IMG/VR virus record: IMGVR_UViG_3300020472_000018
Span: 11,930 to 75,929 of that record
Length of the DNA: 64,000 nucleotides
Direction: 5' to 3' (one strand)
DNA from: a virus
A program made the translations under genes and the position numbers. The notes under the pieces are model-generated. The model was not told the origin of the DNA, ran no database searches, and saw only the letters and a list, made by a program, of their open reading frames with translations. Shown here one piece after another: positions 11,990 through 22,200 of the stretch (the stretch's first letter is position 1; every line of letters begins with the position of its first letter).

Positions 11990-12753
11990 TGGCTGTTAAA
12001 CTCAGAAAAGATGGCAGTTGGGTAACTATAGTAGGTAATGGACCTCCAGGTCCTGCAGGACCTCCAGGTCCTGATGGTCCCGATGGTCCTGCAGGTCCTC
12101 CAGGAAATGATGGTGCTGATGGTACTCCTGGTCCCGCAGGTCCTCCTGGTCCTATAGGTCCTCCTGGTCCTCCAGGTCAAGATGGTAATGATGGTGGTAC
12201 AGGTCCATCAGGACCTCCAGGTCCAACAGGTCCCGATGGTCCAGTAGGTCCTACTGGTCCTTCAGGTGGTCCTCCAGGTCCCGATGGTCCTCCAGGTCCT
12301 CCAGGAAATGATGGTGCTGATGGTCCTGGTGGTCCGCCAGGTCCTCCTGGTCCTGCTGGTGGTCCTCCAGGTCCCGCAGGTACTCCAGGTCCTGCTGGTC
12401 CTCCAGGTGTTGCTGGATTAACTATTGCAGAAATTCCACCAACTACTCCTACTCCATCTCATGGTGATATGTGGTGGGAAAGTGATACAGGACATCTATA
12501 TGTTTATTATGATGATGGTGATAGTAGTCAATGGGTAGCAACATCTCAAGGTCCTGCTGGATCTCCAGGTGCTCCTGGTGGTCCTCCAGGTCCTGATGGT
12601 CCCGCAGGTCCTCCAGGTCCCGATGGTCCTCCAGGTCCTGGTGGTGGTGGACCTCCAGGTCCTCCAGGTTCTCCAGGTCCTCCAGGTTCATCTGGTACTG
12701 CTGGAACATATCCATTTGAGACTGGTAATTGGCTTCTTGGAATAGGTCACTAA
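11989..12753 (+). CDS. Collagen-like fibre/adaptor protein
   Basis: Mostly Gly-X-Y; [13 protein letters not shown] module; C-terminal PFETGNW peptide. Confidence 0.85.
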   Translation: MAVKLRKDGSWVTIVGNGPPGPAGPPGPDGPDGPAGPPGNDGADGTPGPAGPPGPIGPPGPPGQDGNDGGTGPSGPPGPTGPDGPVGPTGPSGGPPGPDGPPGPPGNDGADGPGGPPGPPGPAGGPPGPAGTPGPAGPPGVAGLTIAEIPPTTPTPSHGDMWWESDTGHLYVYYDDGDSSQWVATSQGPAGSPGAPGGPPGPDGPAGPPGPDGPPGPGGGGPPGPPGSPGPPGSSGTAGTYPFETGNWLLGIGH

Positions 12754-12778
12754 ATATTAAACAGGAGATTTAAACATT
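12750..12778 (+). promoter_or_regulatory. Late promoter/RBS junction motif, copy 3
   Basis: CTAAATATTAAACAGG..ATT-ATG. Confidence 0.6.
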
Positions 12779-13180
12779 ATGGCAGCTGAAGTATTTACAG
12801 GACAATTAGCAGCAAATAATACGTTTACCTATACTAATAGTACAGGTGGTAATGTTCGTGTTGTTATTAATTACATTTACACTCAAACTAGTAGTACTCC
12901 AACTATTGAATTTGGAGATGCATCAGCAACTGGACAGAATGCATATTGGACTACTAGAACATTCTTTAACTTGACTCAAAATACAACTTTTGGAAAGTCT
13001 GTAGGTTGGTCTTCTCCTACAAAAACTACTGGTCAAGCTGCAGTATCTTCTGGTGGTAATGACACTGGTGGTCCTACTGAAGTGTATTTGAAGAATACTG
13101 AGACTTTTAAAATTACTGCAAGTTCTGGATCAAGTTATGCTTGGGGTTGTAGATATCAAATTGTAGTAATACCAGAATAA
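12779..13180 (+). CDS. Small variable fibre-associated protein (paralog 3)
   Basis: [15 protein letters not shown] and YQIVVIPE motifs. Confidence 0.7.
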   Translation: MAAEVFTGQLAANNTFTYTNSTGGNVRVVINYIYTQTSSTPTIEFGDASATGQNAYWTTRTFFNLTQNTTFGKSVGWSSPTKTTGQAAVSSGGNDTGGPTEVYLKNTETFKITASSGSSYAWGCRYQIVVIPE

Positions 13181-13181
13181 T

Positions 13182-15794
13182 ATGGCAGCATTCGATTTTC
13201 CAAATAGTCCGTCCCTTAACGATACCCATACAGAAAATGGGGTAATTTGGAAGTGGAATGGATATGCTTGGGATCGAGTTCCAAGTAGTGGTCCGCAAGG
13301 TGCTCCTGGTCCAACTGGACCAACTGGACCAAATGGTCCTTCAGGTCCATCAGGTCCTCCAGGTACTCCAGGTTCAGGTGGTGATGATGGTCCTCCAGGT
13401 CCAGATGGTCCTCCAGGTGCAGATGGTCCTCCAGGTCCTCCAGGAACTGGTGGTACTGTTGGTCCTCCAGGTCCAGATGGTCCTGCAGGTCCTCCAGGTG
13501 CTGGTGGTCCTCCAGGTCCTCCAGGTGTTGCTGGATTAGATATTGGAGTTGATCCTCCAACTGGTCCTTCTACCCACGGAGATATGTGGTGGGAAAGTGA
13601 TACTGGAGATTTACATGTTTATTATAATGATGGTAATAGTTCTCAATGGGTAGCAGTATCTCAAGGACCTGCTGGACCTGAAGGACCTCCAGGACCTCCT
13701 GGAACTGGTTCTGGTCCTCCAGGACCTCCTGGTTCTTCTACCTTTATAGGTTTAACAGATACCCCGAATAGTTTTACTGCTGATAAATGGTTAAAGGTTA
13801 ATAGTGGTGGAACTGCTTTAGAATGGACTCCTGCTGGTTCTGGTACTCCTGGTCCTCCAGGTCCTCCTGGTAATGATGGTAATGATGGGCAAGATGGTAA
13901 TGATGGTCCTCCAGGTCCTCCAGGATCAGGCGGTGCAACTTATGACTTTATTACAGTTGATCATGGTTCATCTACTGGATCTGGAACTGGTAATGATGTA
14001 GTTTTACGTCATAGTGATGGTACAACACATAATGATGTAAGACTTGTTGCTGGAAGTAATGTAACTTTCCAACATAGCTCAGCTAATAATTTCTTTACTA
14101 TATCATCATCAGGTAGTGGTTCTACTACTTTAGATAAGATAATAGAGGGTGATACAAAAGCAGAAGTAGTTGATAGTGGTACAGATGGATATTTTACTGT
14201 TGAAACAAACGGTACAGAAAGAATACGTATAACTGATGGTGAATTAAGACTTAAGAGAACTGATACTACTTTAGAGGGTGGGCAAATATGCTTTGATAAT
14301 ATTGATGGTGATCGAGCATATGCAATTGATGCTTATGGAAATAATGCTGCTAATACTATCCTTAGAATTATTGATGAACAAACAATAACTGGAGGTGTAG
14401 GTACTCAAAGGTTTGCTATTGATAGAGGTGGTGCTCTTGGGTTAGGTAATGTAGGAGCTGAAGATTGGGGATCTTCAGGTGATGTATTAACAAGTCAAGG
14501 TGCTAATGCATTACCTATATGGGGTCCTGCTGGTTCTGGTAGTCCTGGTCCTCCTGGACCTCCAGGTTCTGGTAGTGCTGCTGGAAATAATACTGAATTC
14601 CAATATAATAACAATGGATCATTTGCTGGTAATGAGCTTTTATTAGCAACCAATGACACATCATTTACTGGTAGTGGTGCAAGTATAACTCTTAATGGAG
14701 CTACACGTTGGGGTTTTGGTAATATTACTTGGGAACCTGATGTTGGTTGTTTAGCTCTCACGAGAGATTCATTCTTAATTTTTGGATCACCTGATAATGC
14801 TGTTTATCAGATGAAAGCTAGCATAGGTTGGGCTAGCTCTGTTAATAGATGGATTATGAATAATCCCACTGATGGAATGCCTTGGCATTTTGAAACCAGA
14901 GGTGAGATGGTATTCAAAAAGCAGAATAGTCCTGAAACTATTCATATGACTATTGATCCTACTAGTGGTGTTAGTATTAAGAATCAGTTAGATTTAGCAA
15001 CTGCTACTATTCTTGATAAGGATGGACAAGCAGGAAGTAGTGGTCAAGTATTAAGTTCAACTGGAACTGGACTTGATTGGGTTAGTGTTTCTAGTGGATC
15101 TCCTGGACCTCCTGGACCTCCTGGACCTCCAGGTGATGATGGTGAAAATGGTACTCCAGGTATTCCAGGACCTCCTGGGGAATCAACGACTACTGATCAA
15201 GGATTTAATATGGTACAATGGACTAGTACTACTAATGCAACTTATGTGTACTATACTCCTGATACAACTAAGTATAATAGGTGGGTTGTAATTGTCACTG
15301 GCGGTGGCGGTGGCGGTGGGGGAGGTTCTGCTGCTAACGCTGGAGGTGGTGGCGGTGGTGCTGGTACTGGAATAAGAGAATTTACCAAAGCAGAAATGGA
15401 TGATAATAGCTATTACAGTGGACAATGTCGTATTTTTGTAGGACAACCTGGATCTGGTGGAACAGGTGGTGGTAATGGTGGTAATGGAAATTATTCTGAA
15501 TTTGTAGTACCTACTGGAACTGCAACCTTTGGTCATAGTGGTTATGGTGGTGCTGGTGGTAACAGTGGAGCCATAGCTGCTGGTGGTAATGGTAGGTTTG
15601 GTGTTGGTGATATTGAATGTGGTGGTGATGAAGGTCATCCTGGAGATAATGGAATCACAGGACATGGCGGTGGTACTTTCTGGGGTGGTGCAGCCTATGA
15701 CTCAGCTGGTAGAGGTGGTAGAGGTGGTCAAACTGGTAGTAATAATGGTGGTGACGGTGGTCACGGACAAATAGTTCTGTTGGAGTTTGCTTAA
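13182..15794 (+). CDS. Collagen-like tail fibre with glycine-rich C-terminal domain
   Basis: DFP and GDMWWES modules, interspersed Gly-Pro-Pro hinges, VTGGGGGGG...[13 protein letters not shown] Gly-rich end. Confidence 0.85.
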   Translation: MAAFDFPNSPSLNDTHTENGVIWKWNGYAWDRVPSSGPQGAPGPTGPTGPNGPSGPSGPPGTPGSGGDDGPPGPDGPPGADGPPGPPGTGGTVGPPGPDGPAGPPGAGGPPGPPGVAGLDIGVDPPTGPSTHGDMWWESDTGDLHVYYNDGNSSQWVAVSQGPAGPEGPPGPPGTGSGPPGPPGSSTFIGLTDTPNSFTADKWLKVNSGGTALEWTPAGSGTPGPPGPPGNDGNDGQDGNDGPPGPPGSGGATYDFITVDHGSSTGSGTGNDVVLRHSDGTTHNDVRLVAGSNVTFQHSSANNFFTISSSGSGSTTLDKIIEGDTKAEVVDSGTDGYFTVETNGTERIRITDGELRLKRTDTTLEGGQICFDNIDGDRAYAIDAYGNNAANTILRIIDEQTITGGVGTQRFAIDRGGALGLGNVGAEDWGSSGDVLTSQGANALPIWGPAGSGSPGPPGPPGSGSAAGNNTEFQYNNNGSFAGNELLLATNDTSFTGSGASITLNGATRWGFGNITWEPDVGCLALTRDSFLIFGSPDNAVYQMKASIGWASSVNRWIMNNPTDGMPWHFETRGEMVFKKQNSPETIHMTIDPTSGVSIKNQLDLATATILDKDGQAGSSGQVLSSTGTGLDWVSVSSGSPGPPGPPGPPGDDGENGTPGIPGPPGESTTTDQGFNMVQWTSTTNATYVYYTPDTTKYNRWVVIVTGGGGGGGGGSAANAGGGGGGAGTGIREFTKAEMDDNSYYSGQCRIFVGQPGSGGTGGGNGGNGNYSEFVVPTGTATFGHSGYGGAGGNSGAIAAGGNGRFGVGDIECGGDEGHPGDNGITGHGGGTFWGGAAYDSAGRGGRGGQTGSNNGGDGGHGQIVLLEFA

Positions 15795-15800
15795 TCAATT

Positions 15801-16343
15801 ATGTCTTCTTTTAGTAGTAAATCTTTAGTTGAAATATTGGCACTTACTCGGTCTCAAGTCATAGCATCTAAAAATACTGATTTTAGTTCTTTTAGAACTG
15901 GTATTGGAACTGATAGATTAGATTTTGCTGTAGTTAAAGATGGAACTAATATAGTGAATCACATTTATGTTGGATATGCAGATACTTCTAAAAATCCAAC
16001 TAATTCGGAAATAGGATTTGCTGGACATTATACTGTTGGTATTGGTAGTACATATAGAGGAACTTTTAATGATATAGATAATCAATGCCTTGTAAGACTT
16101 GGTTGGAAATATACTCAATCATCTGGATTTTATGATGCTCATGATTATACAGAAGAATGGACTGCAGGTTTAAGGCAAACTAGAGATAAATTTTTACTTG
16201 AATCTGATTGGTCTCAAGGTGCTGATTCTCCATTAAGTTCTAGTAAAAAAACTGAGTGGGCTACATATAGGCAAGCATTAAGAGATTTACCTGCAAATAC
16301 TTCAGATCTTGCAAATCCACCTTGGCCAACAAAACCATCATAG
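15801..16343 (+). CDS. Tail fibre assembly chaperone-like protein
   Basis: LRQTRDKFLLESDW..D.P..W..YRQALRDLP..WPTKP motif. Confidence 0.8.
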   Translation: MSSFSSKSLVEILALTRSQVIASKNTDFSSFRTGIGTDRLDFAVVKDGTNIVNHIYVGYADTSKNPTNSEIGFAGHYTVGIGSTYRGTFNDIDNQCLVRLGWKYTQSSGFYDAHDYTEEWTAGLRQTRDKFLLESDWSQGADSPLSSSKKTEWATYRQALRDLPANTSDLANPPWPTKPS

Positions 16344-16352
16344 AGTAAGAAT

Positions 16353-17501
16353 ATGGCAGCGTTTGATTTTCCAAATAGTCCTAGTACAAATGATACCCAT
16401 ACAGAAAATGGTGTTACTTGGAAGTGGGATGGATATGCTTGGAAAAGAGTTGAATCAGTAGGACCTTCAGGACCTCCTGGACCTCCAGGTAATGATTCAA
16501 CAGTTCCAGGTCCTCCTGGTTCAACAGGTCCCACAGGTCCTACAGGTCCCACAGGTTCAACTGGTAATACTGGAACTCCAGGATCTGATGGTAATGATGG
16601 TACTCCAGGTTCTGATGGTTCTGATGGTAATGATGGTCCTCCAGGTCCAGATGGTCCTGCAGGTCCTCCAGGTTCTGGTGGTTCTGCAGGTCCTCCAGGT
16701 CCAGATGGTCCCGATGGTCCAACAGGATCTCCAGGTGCTGATTCGACTGTTCCTGGTCCGACTGGTCCTCCTGGTTCAACAGGTGGTGATGGTCCTCCAG
16801 GTCCCGATGGTCCTCCAGGTCCCGATGGTCCTCCTGGTTCAACAGGTCCAACAGGTCCTGATGGTCCAACTGGTCCAACTGGTAGTGCAGCTAATCCATC
16901 TGTTCCTTCAGGAGCTGTTATGTTGTTTTATAGTTCATCTGCTCCTACTGGATGGACAAAACAAACATCACATAACAATAAAGCACTCAGAGTTGTGAGT
17001 GGTTCTGGTGGTGGTTCTGGTGGTAGTAATGCATTTACCAGTAATTTTGCTAGTAGATCTTTAAGTACTAGTGGATCTGGAAGTATTAGTGGATCTACAA
17101 GTAGTGATAATTCTGGATCTGTAAGTATTAGTGGTAATTGTGGTGGATCACAGATAGTGTATGTTACTACCACTCAAAATTGGTTATCGATAGATCAGAT
17201 GCCATCTCACCAACATCAATTCCCTAGTAAAGTTGGAACTTCTGGTGGCAACTATGGTTTTCTAGATACTTTAAATGCTGGTTCTTCAGGAACTCCTAGT
17301 GTTAATGCTACTGGTGGCAGTAACTACCACACACATGCTGTAATAATGTATACTATAAGTGGTTCTAACTTCACTTTTAGTGGATCTGGTTCTCCTAGTG
17401 ATCACAATCATACTGTCAGTGGATCTGCAAGTGTTAGTAGTTCAGGTTCTTTGGACTTGGCAGTTCAGTATGTTGATGTTATAATATGTACAAAGAACTA
17501 A
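16353..17501 (+). CDS. Collagen-like tail fibre with collar-like/HxH tip
   Basis: DFP module, Gly-X-Y run, VPSGAVMLF..APTGWTK..NNKALRVVSG, LAVQYVDVIICTK end. Confidence 0.85.
   Translation: MAAFDFPNSPSTNDTHTENGVTWKWDGYAWKRVESVGPSGPPGPPGNDSTVPGPPGSTGPTGPTGPTGSTGNTGTPGSDGNDGTPGSDGSDGNDGPPGPDGPAGPPGSGGSAGPPGPDGPDGPTGSPGADSTVPGPTGPPGSTGGDGPPGPDGPPGPDGPPGSTGPTGPDGPTGPTGSAANPSVPSGAVMLFYSSSAPTGWTKQTSHNNKALRVVSGSGGGSGGSNAFTSNFASRSLSTSGSGSISGSTSSDNSGSVSISGNCGGSQIVYVTTTQNWLSIDQMPSHQHQFPSKVGTSGGNYGFLDTLNAGSSGTPSVNATGGSNYHTHAVIMYTISGSNFTFSGSGSPSDHNHTVSGSASVSSSGSLDLAVQYVDVIICTKN
17457..17485 (+). promoter_or_regulatory. Sigma70-like promoter inside a fibre gene end
   Basis: TTGGCA-N17-TATAAT with TG extension. 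Confidence 0.5.
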
Positions 17502-17505
17502 TATA

Positions 17506-17841
17506 ATGAAGATTGAAGCAGGTAAATTCTGCCCTTTAATTGGTAAGGATTGTATACAATTACAATGTTCTTGGTTTACTCAGGTTCGTGGAATCAATCC
17601 TAATACTGGAGAAGAAATTGATGATTGGGGTTGTGCAGTTACTTGGTTGCCAACTTTAATGATTGAAAATTCACAGCAACAAAGAGCAACTGGTGCTGCT
17701 ATTGAATCTTTTAGAAATGAAACTGTGAAATCAACTATGAAAGCACAAGAAATATATCAAAGAGAATTAGAATTAAAAGCTCAAGAAAGATTAATGAAAT
17801 CTAGACAGACAATACATAACGTAACGGACATAGAAGAATGA
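17506..17841 (+). CDS. Conserved Cys-rich phage tail-region protein
   Basis: CPL..C...CSWF..G.NP.TGE..D.WGCA..ESFRNE motif. Confidence 0.65.
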   Translation: MKIEAGKFCPLIGKDCIQLQCSWFTQVRGINPNTGEEIDDWGCAVTWLPTLMIENSQQQRATGAAIESFRNETVKSTMKAQEIYQRELELKAQERLMKSRQTIHNVTDIEE

Positions 17842-18347
17842 AATTAACAGTTGTTCCACCAGATAAAACCATAGTTATTGACAATGTTTCAGTACATCCT
17901 TGTACTCATGTCGATCTTTCTTGGATTCCATCAGATGTTCATGGAATGTGTTTTGATACTACTACAGGAAAAGGTTTTATTGAATATAATGAAGATGCTG
18001 TAGATGCAAATGGAGATAAAAAATGGGGTGAGGATATTACTGAAATTGGTATCTGGCAACAAGCAGTAACAGATCATGCGAATGAACAAACCCTTGCAAC
18101 TGCTGCATATGAAGCAGCAAGAAATCATTTAACTGAGGTAAAGGATCATAGAAATTGGTTGCTTGCTGTTAGTGATTGGACTCGTTTGGATGATGTTACA
18201 CTTGCAGCAGATAAAAAAACTGAGTGGCAAACATATAGACAAGCATTAAGAGATCTTCCAGCAACCATATCAGCAGATGATAATTTAACTGCTAAATTAT
18301 TAGCAGATAATCACTCACATTCTGGTTGGCCGACAAAACCTTCATAA
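17838..18347 (+). CDS. Tail fibre assembly chaperone-like protein
   Basis: RNWLLAVSDW..W..YRQALRDLP..WPTKPS; paralog of 15801. Confidence 0.8.
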   Translation: MKLTVVPPDKTIVIDNVSVHPCTHVDLSWIPSDVHGMCFDTTTGKGFIEYNEDAVDANGDKKWGEDITEIGIWQQAVTDHANEQTLATAAYEAARNHLTEVKDHRNWLLAVSDWTRLDDVTLAADKKTEWQTYRQALRDLPATISADDNLTAKLLADNHSHSGWPTKPS

Positions 18348-18381
18348 ATGTGGTATACTATTCAAATACTGGTAAAAAATA

Positions 18382-18975
18382 ATGAATGATTTGATTCAAG
18401 CAATTAAAATTCTTAGTGTAAATGATCTTAAAAAGATTAATAAGTACATAGATACTCTTGATTTTCAAGATAATACTGTTTTTGGTAAACCAGGTCAAAA
18501 ATCAAAAACTAATACTAGTATTAGATCCAGCACAGGAACAACTTTAAAAGAAGATAATGAAATAACTGAAATTGTTCATAATGCTATGAATAAAGGGTTG
18601 GATGAATATAAGAGAAGAGTACAAAAGGTTCATACCAATTTTAGTTATTATCCTGTTCCTGGTGGATCTGGAACTAAATCTTGGAGAGAGGGAATACAGG
18701 TATTAGATTATAAAAAAGGGCAAGAATATAAATTTCATCATGATGCTGCAACAGATCCTAGATTGAAAGAATATCATAGAAAGATATCTATTATTTTATA
18801 TCTGGAAGAAGCGACTAAAGGTGGAGGAACTTCATTTCCACATTTGGGAATAAAACCAAAACCAGGTTATGCTTTAATATTTCCATCTAATTGGTGTTAT
18901 CCTCATGCAGGTGAACCAGTTTATGCTGGAAAAAAGAGAGTTGCTGTTACTTGGTATTATGTTGAAAACGCTTAA
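18382..18975 (+). CDS. 2OG-Fe(II) oxygenase, prolyl 4-hydroxylase-like
   Basis: HxD (FHHD), RKISIILYL, GGGTSF, distal His (YPHAGEPV), Lys in GKKR. Confidence 0.85.
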   Translation: MNDLIQAIKILSVNDLKKINKYIDTLDFQDNTVFGKPGQKSKTNTSIRSSTGTTLKEDNEITEIVHNAMNKGLDEYKRRVQKVHTNFSYYPVPGGSGTKSWREGIQVLDYKKGQEYKFHHDAATDPRLKEYHRKISIILYLEEATKGGGTSFPHLGIKPKPGYALIFPSNWCYPHAGEPVYAGKKRVAVTWYYVENA

Positions 18976-18984
18976 GGAGTAATT

Positions 18985-19191
18985 ATGGAAACTGATGAAT
19001 GTGTACAAGACATCATAATTGATGTATGTAAAAAAAGAATTACTTTAATTAGTAATGAAGGTGAAACTAGAATTGTTGCTTGTGAAAGTACAGAACAATT
19101 TATGTCTGTAATGGAAGTTATAAGAGATCAAGCTGATCCTGAAATTATTACTTATGTTGATCCAGCGACTAAAGGTAATCAGGTAAGCTAA
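18985..19191 (+). CDS. Hypothetical protein
   Basis: AAGGAG Shine-Dalgarno; 68 aa. Confidence 0.65.
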   Translation: METDECVQDIIIDVCKKRITLISNEGETRIVACESTEQFMSVMEVIRDQADPEIITYVDPATKGNQVS

Positions 19192-19194
19192 ATA
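19188..19194 (+). promoter_or_regulatory. T4-like late promoter
   Basis: CTAAATA upstream of 19228. Confidence 0.55.
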
Positions 19195-19227
19195 GAAACA
19201 TAGAAATATTTTGGCCAATATTCTCCG

Positions 19228-22200
19228 ATGCCTCTTAATAAATTAGAAAATTTTATAAAGAATAGTGAAGGACGCATTCTTTATGTAAACCCAAATGACC
19301 TTGATGCTACTGATGGTATTGAGAATCAGGGAAATTCCCTAACAAAACCTTTCAAAACGATTCAAAGAGCACTCATTGAATCTGCTAGATTTTCTTATCT
19401 GAAAGGTAATGATAATGATATAGTAGAGAAAACAACTATATTATTATTTCCAGGTGAGCACCTTATAGACAATAGACCAGGATTTGGTATAAAGGATGTA
19501 AATGGAACTGCTACAGCAATTAGTCCTAGTAGTTCAGAATCTGGAGCACAGAATACTCTTACATTAACTCTTAATTCTAATTTTGATTTAACGCAAGAGA
19601 ATAATATACTCTATAAGTATAATAGTACAGAAGGTGGTGTTATAGTTCCAAGAGGAACATCAATTGTTGGACTAGATTTAAGAAAGACTAAGATAAGACC
19701 TAAGTATGTTCCAAACCCAACAGATGATAATGTAAAACCTACTGCTATTTTTAGGGTTACAGGTGCTTGTTATTTCTGGCAATTCTCTATATTTGATGGG
19801 GATGATTCTACTTTAGTATATACAGATCCTACTAATTTCTCAACTAGCAATCAATCTAAACCAATATTCTCTCACCACAAATTAACTTGTTTTGAGTATG
19901 CTGATGGTATTAATAAGTTAGATAATTTTGGTGGATTAACTGATTTAGATGTTTACTATAGTAAATTATCTAATGCTTACAATAGAGCATCTATTAGAGA
20001 TATTGATGAGAAGTTTCCAGTTGCTTCACAGGGATTTGCAAAATCAAGACCTGAGTATGAAATAGTTGGTGCTTTTTCTTCAGATCGTATTCAGATACAG
20101 AATATTATTTCTGGTGATGGTAATACTGCTGGTCAGGTAGTTACAGTAACTACTGCAGTTCCACACCAATTAAGTGGTGATACTCCAATTAAAATTGAGG
20201 GTGTAAATGAATTAGCATATAATATTTCAACTAAAGTTCAAAATGTTTTAAATGAAACTCAATTTACATATTTACTTCCATATGTTCCACCTAACCTGAA
20301 AGCAGGTCCTTCTGGTGGATTAAGTGCTGGTAGTGCTGAAGTTAGTGTAGAAGTTGATACTGTTACTGGTGCATCACCTTATATCTTTAACTGTTCACTA
20401 AGATCAGTTCTTGGTATGTGTGGTATGAAGGCTGATGGTGCAAAAGCAACTGGATTTAGATCTATGGTTGTAGCACAGTTTACTGGTGTTTCGCTACAAA
20501 AGGATGATCGTGCGTTTGTAAAATATAATCCTAATAGTAGATCATATGATGGTATTACATATCAGAGACAAACTGGTGAGTTATTATCATCTGAAGCATC
20601 TTCTTTAAATCAAGCAACTGTTTATCATTTAGATAAGGATGCTGTTTATAGAGATGGTTGGAAGACGGCACATATTACACTAGAAAATGATGCTGTATTG
20701 CAGATCGTTTCTGTGTTTGCTATTGGTTATCATATTCACTTCTTAATGAAGTCGGGTGGTGACGCATCAATTACAAACTCTAACTCTAACTTCGGTCAGT
20801 TTGCTCTTGCTGCTAGTGGATTTAAGAAAGAATCATTTGCAAAGGATAATAAAGGTTATATTACATCTATTATTACACCAAAAGCAGTTGTTAGTCCAGA
20901 ATCTGTAATTGATTTAACTCAACTTGATACTTCTGTAAACCAAGATTATAAAGCTGCTGATAGTTCACCTTGGACTGATAGTAAGTCTAAACTATTCATG
21001 TTGGGGCAAACTAATGGAAATCTTAAACCAACTGATATTGCACAAGGATTTAGAATAGGTGCGAGATTTAATGAAAAGATTTATGTAGATTTAGCAAATG
21101 GTACTAAAACTGAAGCTACCATTTCTATGTCTAAGAAGACGGGTACTACCACAGTTAATGGTGTAGAGTATGATATAACTGCAACAGTAGATATTACTTC
21201 TGAAAAGTCATATGAGGGTGTTCATAATGATACCACTCAAGGAAGTGCATCTTTAGTTCATAAATTAACATTATCACAACCAAATGGTAATCCACATGAT
21301 TTAAACAATGGTGAGTCTATAAGGATTATTGCTGAAAGTGGTGATCTTCCAGAAGGAATAGATCCTCATAGAAAGTATTATGCAATTACTTCTGAAAAGA
21401 ATGGATCTAGACAGGATAGTATTCAGTTAAGTCAGTGGGAAATTCAGATTGCTTCATCTAAAACAAATGCTGAAAGGACAACTCCTGCATATATTAAATC
21501 TGTTTCAAATCCTGCTGCTGGTAAATTAAAAGTTATTAGTAGAGTTTCTGATAAGAAACCAGGTGAATTAGGACATCCAATGCAATTTGATGGTGTAAAA
21601 CAAAATTGGTTTACACACGTTAGTGTTAATAATAATACTATATGGGATAATTTTGCAGATTTAGATGCTAATGATGAGGATATTCCATACATTTTAAGGA
21701 GAACTGATGATAGGAGTTTAGATGATAAACTCTATAAGATCAGATATGTCATTCCAAAGGAATTAGAAAATGCTAGAAACCCTAATGATAGTTTTGTAAT
21801 TCAAGATTCTAGTTCTACTAATGTAAGATTTGATGCTGACTTTACTAGGACTTCAATTGGATCAACTGATTATGATTATCATAGGAATTTAAGATTCGTT
21901 TCTCATCTTGATTATAATAGTACCACTAAGATTGTTACTATTAGATCTGATAAATCTCATAATTTAAATGCAGGTGAGCAAATTATTCTTAAGAACATAA
22001 CTGATACCATTAATACAAATGGTGCAGCAGATAAGGGATATAATGGAACATTCCTTGTTAATAGTATTATTAATGATAAAACATTTACTTATAAAACAAC
22101 TGATGTTTTAGGTAATGTTCGTAATGTAGGAACTTATAATAATGATACTAATATTAGGAATACTGGATTACCTAGATTTGAAAGAAATGATAACAAAGAG

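Noticed and set aside
5540-16998. Alternative-frame and antisense ORFs rich in VLQ or DLED repeats over the collagen genes
   Set aside because: Shadows of the GGT-CCT-CCA repeat, which lacks stops in other frames; no initiation signals.
4804-18347. Diversity-generating retroelement or invertase shufflon acting on fibre tips
   Set aside because: No reverse transcriptase, recombinase, adenine-specific repeat pair or inverted cassettes seen in the window.
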